From the NCBI GenBank assembly GCA_944392455.1, contig CALXWP010000004.1, positions 18,870 to 82,869 of the forward strand: a DNA stretch of 64,000 nucleotides, read 5' to 3'. This document shows, one piece after another, positions 50,266 to 60,658 of this stretch. A program made the position numbers and the translations under genes. Position 1 is the stretch's first letter. Each line of letters starts with the position of its first letter. The stretch is from an uncultured Clostridia bacterium. Its GTDB lineage: Bacteria; Bacillota; Clostridia; TANB77; CAG-508. The notes beneath the pieces were generated by a model that saw only the letters and a program-made list of their open reading frames with translations, was not told the DNA's origin and did not search any database.

Positions 50266-50445
50266 TTATCCACAGACTTTTTTCTACTTTTTTATTTATA
50301 TATTTTCTTTTTTAATTATATTGTGACATTATGTTGCATAATTATTGTAATTTTTTAACAAATTACTATCCACATGCATGTGGATAATGTGGATAACTCT
50401 GTGAATAACTATAAATAGTGGGTTTCATTTTAGACTTTTTCCACA
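50266..50445. promoter_or_regulatory. DnaA-box cluster (six boxes, three perfect)
   Basis: Boxes found:
- TTATCCACA at 50266-50274.
- cTATCCACA at 50366-50374.
- TGTGGATAA at 50379-50387 and 50388-50396.
- TGTGaATAA at 50400-50408.
- TTtTCCACA at 50437-50445. Confidence 0.75.
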
Positions 50446-50577
50446 TTAATATTTGAAATATTTTATGGTAACTTTTTTTCATGCTTTTTTTGTTTTTATT
50501 AAAGACATTATGTCTATATAAGAAATAAAAAGTAATGTTTTCATATATAATTTTGTATTTTTATATAATAAGAATGA

Positions 50578-50622
50578 TAAAAAAATAGTAGCTTATATCT
50601 ATAATTATATATAAGCTACTAT
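50578..50622 (-). terminator. rho-independent terminator after the AraC-family gene
   Basis: ATAGTAGCTTATAT...ATATAAGCTACTAT, with a T-run on the minus strand. Confidence 0.65.
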
Positions 50623-50649
50623 TTTAATCACATTATTATTATTTTAGAC

Positions 50650-51471
50650 TTAATCCTTAATTATTGGAATATGAATATATGTAACTCCATCAACATATTC
50701 TTCAATATCAGGAGATCTATCTATATCATATCCAAATTCACTTATAAAATTTTTATAAATTGTTTTAGTATATTCTGAAATTTTTTGTGCATTATTACTA
50801 TTTAATTTAAATACTAAATAATTTTTGTTTAATATCTCTATTTTTTTACCGCCTTTAAACTTTTCTTTTGTAGCCACATAATATTTTGCATCATCATTCT
50901 GATTTTGTATAACATTATTATATTCAACAACACCAAAATCAAAATCAATTCTATCTTGATATTTTTTGCTAGTTTCTTTCCATAGAGCATCTGCATACTT
51001 AGGAATTTCAAAAACTTTCATTTCAGCACTGATTCCATATAATTCAAGACTAAGATTATTTACTTCTTTGTATTCAAATTCTAGATCCAAATCATTATCA
51101 GAAGTATCATTAAATTTTAAGATAGGAAATAATTTTATAAAATCTTTATTTTTCTTAATATCTTTTGGATTAAATCCCATCATTTTTTTAAATGCTCTAG
51201 AAAAACTTATACTAGAATCATATCCATATTTAACAGCTATATCAATAACTTTAGAATTACTATTTATCAGCTCCATTGCTGCCATACTAATTCTTCTTTT
51301 TCTTATATATTCAGTAATCGACATATTAGTAACAAAAAGGAATATTCTAGATAAAGTATATTCATTAACAGCAAGTATTTTTGCTAATTTATCATACTTT
51401 ATTTCATCTGTTAAATGTTTTTCTATATACTCTACTAATTCATTTAATCTATCATTACTATCTTTGTACAT
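50650..51471 (-). CDS. AraC-family transcriptional regulator with a GyrI-like effector-binding domain
   Basis: N-terminal double HTH (ITEYIRKRRISMAAMEL, GYDSSISFSRAFKKMMG). The C-terminal half of about 150 aa resembles the GyrI-like fold. Confidence 0.75.
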   Translation of the reverse strand: MYKDSNDRLNELVEYIEKHLTDEIKYDKLAKILAVNEYTLSRIFLFVTNMSITEYIRKRRISMAAMELINSNSKVIDIAVKYGYDSSISFSRAFKKMMGFNPKDIKKNKDFIKLFPILKFNDTSDNDLDLEFEYKEVNNLSLELYGISAEMKVFEIPKYADALWKETSKKYQDRIDFDFGVVEYNNVIQNQNDDAKYYVATKEKFKGGKKIEILNKNYLVFKLNSNNAQKISEYTKTIYKNFISEFGYDIDRSPDIEEYVDGVTYIHIPIIKD

Positions 51472-51513
51472 ATATTACTCCTTATTTATTACTAATACGT
51501 TAATATCTATCTT

Positions 51514-54500
51514 TTATCCGAATAAACTCATTTGATTACTTTGACTCATTCCTTTTAAGCATCCCACTCTATCCAAAAGTTCTATAACTGATTTACCTAT
51601 TTTAGAACGTATCTTCATATCATCTATTGACATGAATTTTCCGTCTTTTTTTGCATCATCTATTCCTTCTGCAGCAACTGTTCCTAAGCCTGGTATACTA
51701 TTAAGTGGTGGACGTATTCCTTCTTCTTCTACTAAAAATTTAGTAGCATGTGATTTATATAAATCTATTGGAAGGAAATTGATTCCTCTTTCATACATTT
51801 CTAATACTAATTCTAAGATTGCATACATATTTTTATCTTTTGTAGTAGCACTATTACCAGCTAAATCAATTTCTTTCATTTTGTTTATAACTTTTTCTTT
51901 TCCATAGCACATTATATCACTATCAAATTCATCTGCTCTTATTGTAAAATATGCTGCATAATATGCTTTTGGCTCGTGTACCTTAAACCATGCTATTCTA
52001 AATGCATTCGTTACATAGGCTGCAGCATGTGCCTTAGGGAACATGTATTTAATTTTTTCACATGACTTAATATACCATTCTGGTACATCATGTTCTTTCA
52101 TTAATGCTACAAATTCTGCCCATTTTTCTGGATCTTTTAATGCTTTACCTTTACGAACAGTTTCCATTATCTTAAATGCTTTATTTGGTGGAAGACCCTT
52201 CTTTATTAAATAAATCATAATATCATCACGACAACATATAGCCTCATTTAAGGTTACTGTTCCTTCATCAATTAAGCTTTGCGCATTTCCAAGCCATACA
52301 TCAGTACCATGTGATAATCCAGATATACGAATTAATTCATCGAAAGTTGTAGGTTTAGTATCCACAAGCATTCCTCTTACAAATTTGGTACCAAACTCAG
52401 GAATTCCATAGCTTCCTACTTTACTTTTAATTTGTTCAGGAGTTACACCTAAAGCATCTGTTGAACTAAATATTGACATAGTTTCTTTATCATCTAGTGG
52501 TACTTTAGTTGGGTCTATACCTGTTATATCAAATAACATTCTAATCATTGTTGGATCATCATGTCCTAGAATATCTAACTTAAGTAAGTTTTGATCTATT
52601 GAGTGATAATCAAAATGTGTAGTAATTATATCTGAATTAGGATCATCTGCAGGATGTTGTACAGGACAAAATTCATAAATTTCTCTCCCTTTTGGCACAA
52701 CTATAATTCCTCCTGGATGTTGTCCAGTTGTTCTTTTTATACCCGTACATCCTTTAGCTATACGTAATACTTCAGCATTATTTATTGGCACTCCTCTTTC
52801 TTCATAATATTTCTTAACATAACCATATGCAGTTTTATCAGCAACAGTACCAACAGTACCTGCTTTGAAAGTTGTTCCTTTACCAAATATTACTTCTGTA
52901 TATTTATGAGCTTTTGCTTGATATTCTCCTGAGAAGTTTAAGTCAATATCAGGCTCTTTATCTCCATTAAATCCAAGGAATGTTTCAAATGGTATATCTA
53001 TTCCATCTTTAACCATTTTAGTTCCACATTTTGGACAGTCTTTATCTGGAAGGTCAAATCCACAAGCATACCCATAATCAGTAAAATCTGAATATTTACA
53101 TTTAGGGCATCTATAATGTGGTGGAAGTGAGTTTACCTCTGTAATACCAGTCATGTTTGCAACAAATGATGAACCAACAGATCCTCTTGAACCAACTATA
53201 TACCCATCTTCATTCGATTTCCACACTAATTTTTGAGCTATAATATACATAACCGAGAATCCATTTTTTATAATTGAATTTAGTTCTTTATCTAATCTTT
53301 CTTGAACCAAATCTGGTAATGGATCTCCATATAATTCATGTGCTTTACCATAAGCTATATCTTTAATTGTTTGTTCACATCCATCAATATGTGGAGCACA
53401 TTTTTCTGGTGAAATTGGACTTATTTTTTCACACATATCAGCTATTTTATTTGTATTTGTTACTACAACCTCATATGCTTTTTCTTCACCTAAATATTCA
53501 AATTCTTTAAGCATTTCTTCTGTAGTGCGAAGATATAGTGGTGCTTGTTCATCAGCATCATCATATCCCTGACCTGCCATTAATATACGTCTATATATTT
53601 CATCTTGTGGATCCATAAAATGAACATCACAAGTAGCAACTACTGGTTTTCCAAGTTTATCTCCTAGTTCTACTATCTTTTTATTTATATCTTGAAGTGC
53701 TTCCACATCTGGTACTGTACCATTTCTAACCATGAACATATTATTTCCAATTGGTTGAATTTCTAAATAGTCATAATCAGCAGCTATTGCTTCTATTTCT
53801 TCATCAGTTTTACCTGCAACTATTGCTCTATATATTTCTCCTTGTTCGCATGCGCTTCCAAGTATTAATCCCTCTGAATATTCTTTATATAGAGATTTAA
53901 GAATACGAGGTTTTTTATAGAAATAATTTACATGTGAAAAAGAAATTAATTTATATAAATTCTTAAGACCAACATAATCTTTGGCTAGAATTATTGCATG
54001 ATATGTTGGAAGTCTTCTAAAATCTGTGCTCCCCGCACAAAGTATATCTATATCTTCAATTTTTTTAGCACCTTTTTCTTTAAGTATATCAAGCATAACT
54101 CTAAACACTTTAACTGTTGTATCAACATCATCTAAAGCTCTATGAGCAACTTCAACTTTAATTCCTAAATTTTCAGCAATTATTCCTAACTTATATTTTT
54201 TAAAATCTGGGAATAATTCTTTTGATAATCTTAATGTATCTAAATATGTATTATCTAATGTATACCCTAATTCTTTAGCATTATATTTTAAAAATCCTAT
54301 ATCAAAATCCGCATTATGTGCAACTAATATACTATCTCCTATAAACTCTAACATCTTAGGAAATACTTTATCTATTGTCTCTGCATCTTTTACCATATCA
54401 TCAGTAATATTGGTTACTTCAACTACTCTTTGAGGTATTGGTTTTTCTGGATTTACAAAACATGAAAATTCATCTAAAACTTCCCCATTCTTTACTTTCA

Positions 54501-55893
54501 TTATTCCTATTTCAGTAATTTTCTCTGTTCTAAATGAAAAACCTGTTGTTTCTAAGTCCAGTACACAGAATGTTGCATTTTCTAAATCTTGTTCTTTAGG
54601 AAATGATACAACTGGTGTTCTATCTGGTGCTAAATATGCTTCTACTCCATAGATTACTTTAAGATCTGGATTTTTCTCACAAAAATGATGTGCTTCTGGG
54701 AAAGCTTGTACAACACCATGATCTGTTATAGCAATAGATTTCATTCCCCATTTAGCTGCTCTTTTTAATAAATCAGTTGCAGAAGTCATACCATCCATTT
54801 GGCTCATTTGAGTATGCATATGAAGCTCTACTCTTTTTTCTTTAGCTTCATCTTTTCTAACTTCCCTTTTTATACCTGTGCTTTCTATTATTACATTTGC
54901 AATAACACCAAGTTCTTTTGCAAATGGATCAAATTGTGCAGTTCCCTCAAGTTTTATTCCTTTTGCACCTTTTAATCTTCCTATTAATTCTTTTGATTTA
55001 TCTCCTTCAGAAAATACCTTACATGTAATTGTGCTTGATCCATCATATAAATCGAACATAACTAAAACTTTGCCACTTTTTAGTTCGCGTGAATCTATAT
55101 TTAATATTTCTCCATCTAAAACTACTTTTCCACTATCAACACTTAAGTCAATTACTTTGACTAATTGTTCTTTTAATTTTAAGCTTCTTCCATATATTAA
55201 TGGAGATGTTTCTTGTTCTTCTTTATTAGATGGTACTTCTATTGACACACTAACTTCAGCCATTTGCCCATTTTTAGAAGTGTTTTCTTTGGCTTTATTT
55301 TTATTGCTGTTTTCAGATTCTTCTTTTTCTTTTCTTAATTCTTCAGCCATTTGCATTGCCTGTGCAATGGCCTCTTCTTCAAGCATTTTACTATGCTCCA
55401 TATATTCTCTTAAGGCTTCTTCCGATATATTTTCTACAAATGTGACTTTATATATTTTTCCATATATATCTTTTATTATATTAGATAAGGCTTCATCAAA
55501 TTTTTTAGCATCAAGTACCATTTTTCCTTTCATTGCCATATTGACAACTATTTCATTATCATTAATTTCTATAGTACTATTTTTTAAAAAAGCTTTACTT
55601 AATGGGTGCTTATGTGCCATATAACATATTATTAAATTCCATTCTTGTTTTAAATCAATATCTATTTTTTTAGTATATTCTACCTTTACATTAACTTCAA
55701 ATATATTAAATCTTTGTTTTAAATATTGTTCAAATTTATATATATCTTCAATTTTTATAAATTCATCAGCTGTAATAATCAATTCTAATTTATTTATTTT
55801 TTTAAATAGATTAATTGATTTAATTCTTCCTGCATTTAATGAAAAACTTTCTGAATTATAATCTTTAAATATTTCTTTTATTGTTTTATCCAT
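51514..55893 (-). CDS. polC: DNA polymerase III alpha subunit, PolC type (with intrinsic 3'-5' exonuclease)
   Basis: PHP domain (VELHMHTQMS), DnaQ-like exonuclease (FCVLDLETTG, HNADFDIGF, HRALDDV), Zn finger CPKC...CPKCG, and the polymerase core. Start chosen at the ATG 55891-55893 (MDKTIKEIF), preceded by GGGGGAG. Confidence 0.95.
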   Translation of the reverse strand: MDKTIKEIFKDYNSESFSLNAGRIKSINLFKKINKLELIITADEFIKIEDIYKFEQYLKQRFNIFEVNVKVEYTKKIDIDLKQEWNLIICYMAHKHPLSKAFLKNSTIEINDNEIVVNMAMKGKMVLDAKKFDEALSNIIKDIYGKIYKVTFVENISEEALREYMEHSKMLEEEAIAQAMQMAEELRKEKEESENSNKNKAKENTSKNGQMAEVSVSIEVPSNKEEQETSPLIYGRSLKLKEQLVKVIDLSVDSGKVVLDGEILNIDSRELKSGKVLVMFDLYDGSSTITCKVFSEGDKSKELIGRLKGAKGIKLEGTAQFDPFAKELGVIANVIIESTGIKREVRKDEAKEKRVELHMHTQMSQMDGMTSATDLLKRAAKWGMKSIAITDHGVVQAFPEAHHFCEKNPDLKVIYGVEAYLAPDRTPVVSFPKEQDLENATFCVLDLETTGFSFRTEKITEIGIMKVKNGEVLDEFSCFVNPEKPIPQRVVEVTNITDDMVKDAETIDKVFPKMLEFIGDSILVAHNADFDIGFLKYNAKELGYTLDNTYLDTLRLSKELFPDFKKYKLGIIAENLGIKVEVAHRALDDVDTTVKVFRVMLDILKEKGAKKIEDIDILCAGSTDFRRLPTYHAIILAKDYVGLKNLYKLISFSHVNYFYKKPRILKSLYKEYSEGLILGSACEQGEIYRAIVAGKTDEEIEAIAADYDYLEIQPIGNNMFMVRNGTVPDVEALQDINKKIVELGDKLGKPVVATCDVHFMDPQDEIYRRILMAGQGYDDADEQAPLYLRTTEEMLKEFEYLGEEKAYEVVVTNTNKIADMCEKISPISPEKCAPHIDGCEQTIKDIAYGKAHELYGDPLPDLVQERLDKELNSIIKNGFSVMYIIAQKLVWKSNEDGYIVGSRGSVGSSFVANMTGITEVNSLPPHYRCPKCKYSDFTDYGYACGFDLPDKDCPKCGTKMVKDGIDIPFETFLGFNGDKEPDIDLNFSGEYQAKAHKYTEVIFGKGTTFKAGTVGTVADKTAYGYVKKYYEERGVPINNAEVLRIAKGCTGIKRTTGQHPGGIIVVPKGREIYEFCPVQHPADDPNSDIITTHFDYHSIDQNLLKLDILGHDDPTMIRMLFDITGIDPTKVPLDDKETMSIFSSTDALGVTPEQIKSKVGSYGIPEFGTKFVRGMLVDTKPTTFDELIRISGLSHGTDVWLGNAQSLIDEGTVTLNEAICCRDDIMIYLIKKGLPPNKAFKIMETVRKGKALKDPEKWAEFVALMKEHDVPEWYIKSCEKIKYMFPKAHAAAYVTNAFRIAWFKVHEPKAYYAAYFTIRADEFDSDIMCYGKEKVINKMKEIDLAGNSATTKDKNMYAILELVLEMYERGINFLPIDLYKSHATKFLVEEEGIRPPLNSIPGLGTVAAEGIDDAKKDGKFMSIDDMKIRSKIGKSVIELLDRVGCLKGMSQSNQMSLFG

Positions 55894-55992
55894 TAGCTCA
55901 TATCTCCCCCGAAATAACATTAGTAAAATAATTTTTAATTATTTTTTATTTTTAATGTATTTTTAAGCTTATATTCACTACGTTTTTATCTT

Positions 55993-56724
55993 CTATATTA
56001 ATCTTCCGACATCATTAAAAGCAACACAAACCGATAAAGTAATAAGTAATAAAAATCCTATCATTTGAAGTTTCAGTTCAAAATCTTGTTTCATTGGTTT
56101 TCTCCTTATTGCTTCAATAATATATATTAAAATTTTTCCTCCATCTAATGGTGGAAAAGGAAGTAAATTAGTAACACCAAGTGACATTGATATTAAGGCC
56201 ATAATGTATAAAAAGTCTATAATTCCACTTGTACTCGCTATTACACCTGATATTCCTATTGGCCCCATCAAATTATCTACAGACACTCCTCCTGTAAATA
56301 ATAATTTTATGCTATCCCACATAGCTATAACAAAACTCTCTGCCCCACTTATTCCTGCCCACAAGCTACCTGTTACAATCCATATAAGTACAATATATAA
56401 AAGAATTGCAAAAATAATATTAACTAATCCTCCTGCTGCTACAATTGCAATTCTTTTTGGTATTCCTGCTTTACTAAAGGAACCCTCTTCGCAAGAGACT
56501 TCCTCTTCTCCTAACATATTTACAAAACCTCCAAGAGGTATTAGTCTTAATGCATACTTGGTATTTTCAGTTTCTTTTTTCCAAATTACTGGTCCAAACC
56601 CTATAGCAAATTCTTTAACCTTTACTTTGCAGAATCTTGCTACCACAAAATGTCCTGTTTCATGAATTAAAACTAAAAATCCAAGTATGACAATTATTTT
56701 AATAGCTGTAATTAAAAAACTCAA
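55993..56724 (-). CDS. rseP: site-2 protease (M50 family, RseP/RasP position) lacking a PDZ domain
   Basis: HETGHF (HExxH) and NLLPFPPLDGG motifs. At only 243 aa, there is no room for a PDZ domain between the TM segments. Confidence 0.75.
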   Translation of the reverse strand: MSFLITAIKIIVILGFLVLIHETGHFVVARFCKVKVKEFAIGFGPVIWKKETENTKYALRLIPLGGFVNMLGEEEVSCEEGSFSKAGIPKRIAIVAAGGLVNIIFAILLYIVLIWIVTGSLWAGISGAESFVIAMWDSIKLLFTGGVSVDNLMGPIGISGVIASTSGIIDFLYIMALISMSLGVTNLLPFPPLDGGKILIYIIEAIRRKPMKQDFELKLQMIGFLLLITLSVCVAFNDVGRLI

Positions 56725-56739
56725 AATTTTTCCTCCACT

Positions 56740-57546
56740 TTATATTATGCTTAATAAAAAATATGCAAATGGTAATATAAATATTACACTATCTATTCTA
56801 TCCAATAAGCCACCATGTCCTGGAATTAAGTTGCTAAAGTCTTTTATTTTACAATGTCTCTTTATACTTGATGCAGCTAAATCTCCTATTTGACTAATTA
56901 TACTTAAGAATATAGATATTCCTAATATGTATAGATAATTGATATTTAAATTCCATACTGTGTTACAAATTACAGTATAAATCATACATGCTAAAATTGA
57001 TCCAAATAAACCTGCAATACATCCTTCTATAGATTTATTTGGGCTTATTTCAGTAAATTTATGTTTTCCAAATTTTCTTCCTATAAAATATGCAAAAATA
57101 TCTGTTCCCCAAGATATAAAGAATACATACCATAATAGTATTCTGCCATTTTCTAAGTTATCTCTTATTAGAGGAAGAAACACTAAAAAGAATGATATAT
57201 AACATATTCCTAAAAGAGAAATTGATATATCTGTTATATTACGTTTCAAATTAGTTACAACAACTTGTGTAAATAGGACTAATAAATTAAATAGTATAAC
57301 TAATGTAATAGCAGGTAAAATGTACTCTACTGGTATTAGATGAACAAAACATATAAGTGCTGATGTTATATAACCAGGCCAAGTTATAGGTTTTGCTTTT
57401 CCTTTAAATGCTTTATAAAATTCATGTATACTCATTATAGATACAATACTTATAAATACATCTACTAAATATTTATTTCCAAATATTAATATTATTGCCA
57501 TTATAGGAAATAATATTATTCCTGATAATATTCTTTTTAAGTTCAT
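56740..57546 (-). CDS. cdsA: phosphatidate cytidylyltransferase
   Basis: 268-aa polytopic protein with the C-terminal signature SSIKRHCKIKDFSNLIPGHGGLLDRIDS. Confidence 0.9.
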   Translation of the reverse strand: MNLKRILSGIILFPIMAIILIFGNKYLVDVFISIVSIMSIHEFYKAFKGKAKPITWPGYITSALICFVHLIPVEYILPAITLVILFNLLVLFTQVVVTNLKRNITDISISLLGICYISFFLVFLPLIRDNLENGRILLWYVFFISWGTDIFAYFIGRKFGKHKFTEISPNKSIEGCIAGLFGSILACMIYTVICNTVWNLNINYLYILGISIFLSIISQIGDLAASSIKRHCKIKDFSNLIPGHGGLLDRIDSVIFILPFAYFLLSII

Positions 57547-57607
57547 TTTTTTGTCCCTTTCAAGATAATTTTATATTATTTTGAAATCAGTGATTTCTTT
57601 TGTCTTT

Positions 57608-58330
57608 TTATTTTCCACCAAATTTTCTATTTCTTTTCTCAAAAATAGATATAGAATTTAGTAAATCTTCTTCTGTAAAATCTGGCCAATATTTATCAAT
57701 AAATAAAAATTCCGTATATGCCAATTGCCATAACAAGAAATTACTAATTCTCAGTTCTCCACCTGGTCTTATTAGTAAATCGGGTTCTGGCTGCCCATTA
57801 GTAAATAAATTATCACTAATCATTTTTTCGTCGATATCTTCTACATTAATATTTCCTTTTTTAACATCTTCGGAAATATTTCTTACGGCTCTTACTATTT
57901 CATCTCTACCACCATAATTAAACGCTATATTTAATGTAAGTCCTGTATTATTTTTTGATTTTTCTACTATTTTATTTATACTTGTTTTTAAACTATTGTT
58001 TAAATTTTCAGTATTTCCAAGCACTCTGATTTTTATATTACGTAAACTTTCTCTATTTAAGAATTTATCTAAATAATTGTTTAGTAGAATCATTAATGCT
58101 CCTACTTCTTCTTTTGTTCTTTTCCAGTTTTCTGTTGAAAAAGCATATACTGTTAAGTATTTTAAACCTATATCATTCGCAAAAGAAGCTATTTTTTCTA
58201 AAGTCTCAGCTCCTGCTTTATGACCAAATTTAGTGTCTAACCCTTTCTCTCTTGCCCATCTCCTATTTCCGTCCATTATTATTGCTATATGGTTTGGCAT
58301 AAATTCTTTATCTATGTCTTCTATTGTCAT
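57608..58330 (-). CDS. uppS: isoprenyl transferase (undecaprenyl diphosphate synthase)
   Basis: HIAIIMDGNRRWA, LTVYAFSTENWKR and RISNFLLWQLAYTE. Confidence 0.93.
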   Translation of the reverse strand: MTIEDIDKEFMPNHIAIIMDGNRRWAREKGLDTKFGHKAGAETLEKIASFANDIGLKYLTVYAFSTENWKRTKEEVGALMILLNNYLDKFLNRESLRNIKIRVLGNTENLNNSLKTSINKIVEKSKNNTGLTLNIAFNYGGRDEIVRAVRNISEDVKKGNINVEDIDEKMISDNLFTNGQPEPDLLIRPGGELRISNFLLWQLAYTEFLFIDKYWPDFTEEDLLNSISIFEKRNRKFGGK

Positions 58331-58355
58331 TTCTATCTCCTTTTAGTTTTATAAT

Positions 58356-58904
58356 TTAAATGCTCATAATTTCTTTTTCTTTTTTCTCTAAAATACTATC
58401 AATTTCATCAACATATTTATCTGTTAATTTTTGGATCTTATCCTCTGCTACTTTTAATTCATCTTCAGATATTTCTGAATTCTTTTGCATAGCTTTTGCA
58501 TCATCAATAGCATCTCTTCTGATACTTCTTATAACTACTCTTGCATCTTCTGCCATTTTTTTGATATCTTTTACTATTTCTTTTCTTCTCTCTTCATTTA
58601 ATTCTGGGAAATTAAGTCTTATTACTTTTCCATCATTATTTGGATTAATTCCAATATCTGATTTTAAAATTTCTTTTTCTATCTCTTTTAAAACACTTGA
58701 ATCCCATGGTTGAATAACTATTAATCTAGCTTCAGGTACAGAAATTCCTGCAACTTGATTAATAGGTGTTGGTGTTCCATAATAATCTATTGTAATTTTA
58801 TTTAATATTGCTGGGTTAGCTCTACCAGCTCTTATTTCTGCTAAATTTTCTTCGAATATACTAATTGATTTTATCATTTTATCTTCATATTTATTATAAT
58901 CCAT
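58356..58904 (-). CDS. frr: ribosome recycling factor
   Basis: 182 aa with [20 protein letters not shown] and [20 protein letters not shown]. Confidence 0.93.
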   Translation of the reverse strand: MDYNKYEDKMIKSISIFEENLAEIRAGRANPAILNKITIDYYGTPTPINQVAGISVPEARLIVIQPWDSSVLKEIEKEILKSDIGINPNNDGKVIRLNFPELNEERRKEIVKDIKKMAEDARVVIRSIRRDAIDDAKAMQKNSEISEDELKVAEDKIQKLTDKYVDEIDSILEKKEKEIMSI

Positions 58905-58914
58905 AACTATATTT

Positions 58915-58944
58915 GTACAAGTATTTAATTACTTGTACTCTCCT
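58915..58944 (-). promoter_or_regulatory. 9-bp hairpin inserted between the only SD-like sequence (AGGAGA, 58939-58944) and the frr start codon
   Basis: Minus strand: AGGAGA-GUACAAGUA-auuaaa-UACUUGUAC-aaauauaguu-AUG. Confidence 0.45.
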
Positions 58945-59002
58945 TTCTTTATTTCTCTAATTTTATTTGATTTTACTTATTATTTTTTCTTATTAATATT
59001 TA

Positions 59003-59716
59003 TTATTTGATTAAAGTACCTACTTTTTCACCTTTAACAATTTTTATAATATTATTTGGTTTTGCTATTTCAAATACTATTAATTTAATATTATTATCTC
59101 TGCAAAGTGATATTGCTGTTGCATCCATTACTTTTAAATTATCACTTAATATGTCTAAGTATGAAATCTCATCATATTTTTTAGCATTTTTATCAATTTT
59201 TGGATCAGCTGAATATACTCCATCAATAGTTTTTCCAACTAAAATAACTTCTGCATCAATTTCAGCTGCTCTTAATGCAGCTGCTGTATCTGTTGTAAAA
59301 TATGGATTTCCTGTTCCACAGCCAAAAATTACAACTCTTCCCTTTTCTAGATGTCTAACAGCTCTTCTTTTTATGTATGGTTCTGCAACTTCTCTCATTT
59401 CAATTGCTGTTTGAAGTCTTGTGTAAACTCCTTTTTCTTCTAGAGCATTTTGTAATGCTAATCCATTCATTGTTGTAGCAAGCATTCCCATGTAGTCTGA
59501 TGTAGTTCTTTCCATATTTTTATTAGCACCTCTCCAGAAATTGCCTCCTCCTACAACTATGGCTACTTCTGTTTTCATCTTTACTAGTTCTTTTATTTGT
59601 TCACAAATTTTATCAACTGTTTCTTCATCAATTCCTACTTTATTTTTTCCAGCTAAGGCCTCTCCACTTAATTTTAAAAGTATTCTTTTATACTTGTTCT
59701 CAGGCACTTTAAACAC
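59003..59716 (-). CDS. pyrH: UMP kinase
   Basis: [21 protein letters not shown] and [15 protein letters not shown]. Confidence 0.94.
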   Translation of the reverse strand: MFKVPENKYKRILLKLSGEALAGKNKVGIDEETVDKICEQIKELVKMKTEVAIVVGGGNFWRGANKNMERTTSDYMGMLATTMNGLALQNALEEKGVYTRLQTAIEMREVAEPYIKRRAVRHLEKGRVVIFGCGTGNPYFTTDTAAALRAAEIDAEVILVGKTIDGVYSADPKIDKNAKKYDEISYLDILSDNLKVMDATAISLCRDNNIKLIVFEIAKPNNIIKIVKGEKVGTLIK

Positions 59717-59965
59717 TCTCCTTACCTTTTATTTTTAACTGTTTTCTATTCTATCATATATTCGTCTTTTTTTGCACCATTTTTTTAAAATTTATTAAGA
59801 CTTTTTTAATTTTTTCATTTTTTATTTTTATTTTCAATTTATTTTAATCTATTTTTATTTTTTTATTTATTTACCTATTTTAATTTTATTTGTTATTTTA
59901 TTTCTTTATTTTGTTAATTATATTTTTTTATTTTTGATTAATACTAATTATGTAAGGAGTTTTTT

Positions 59966-60604
59966 ATGAATCAAATTTTATTTTTTAAAAATGAAAAAAA
60001 TAGAGAAAACTTTAATAAAAACAAAAAAGTGTATATAGTTATATTTTTAATATTTATTATTTTTACGTCAATTCTTTCCTTTATATTATTTTATAAAGTA
60101 TATAATAACTATAATAATGAAAAGTTATCACAAAAACTAAATAATTCATACTCTATATCAACTCTATACTCAGATACAAGCAATACTACTAATATTGATA
60201 CAACCTCCACCAATCCATTTGTTATAGGGATTATACAAATAGACAAAATAAATCTAAATTATTCTATTTTATCTATTTGTAATAATGAACTATTAGATAT
60301 ATCTGTATGTAGATTTGCAGGTCCAATGCCAAATGAAATAGGTAATTTATGTATTGCAGGTCATAATTATGTTGATTATAATTTTTTCAGTAGAATAAAT
60401 GAATTAGATATTAATGATAAAATCAAAATTTATGATTTAAGTGGTAATTACATTGAATATTCAATATATGATATATATGAAACTCACTCAGATGATACAT
60501 CATGTACATTTCAAGACACGAACAACAAAAAAATTGTTACATTAATAACATGTAACAATGTAAATGGAAAAAGACTGATTATACATGCAAAAGAAATACC
60601 TTAG
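59966..60604 (+). CDS. sortase (class A/D-like)
   Basis: TM anchor, AGHN (His), TLITC (Cys) and RLIIHA (Arg). Confidence 0.8.
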   Translation: MNQILFFKNEKNRENFNKNKKVYIVIFLIFIIFTSILSFILFYKVYNNYNNEKLSQKLNNSYSISTLYSDTSNTTNIDTTSTNPFVIGIIQIDKINLNYSILSICNNELLDISVCRFAGPMPNEIGNLCIAGHNYVDYNFFSRINELDINDKIKIYDLSGNYIEYSIYDIYETHSDDTSCTFQDTNNKKIVTLITCNNVNGKRLIIHAKEIP

Positions 60605-60658
60605 GATTTAAGGTATTTCTTTTCATATTAAACAATTATTTATTTTTCTATTAAATCA

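Noticed and set aside
50266-50445. Interpretation of the DnaA-box cluster as the chromosomal origin oriC
   Set aside because: There is no dnaA or dnaN nearby, and genes on both sides remain on the minus strand with no orientation switch. I kept it as a secondary DnaA-box cluster or regulatory site, pending whole-replicon skew analysis.
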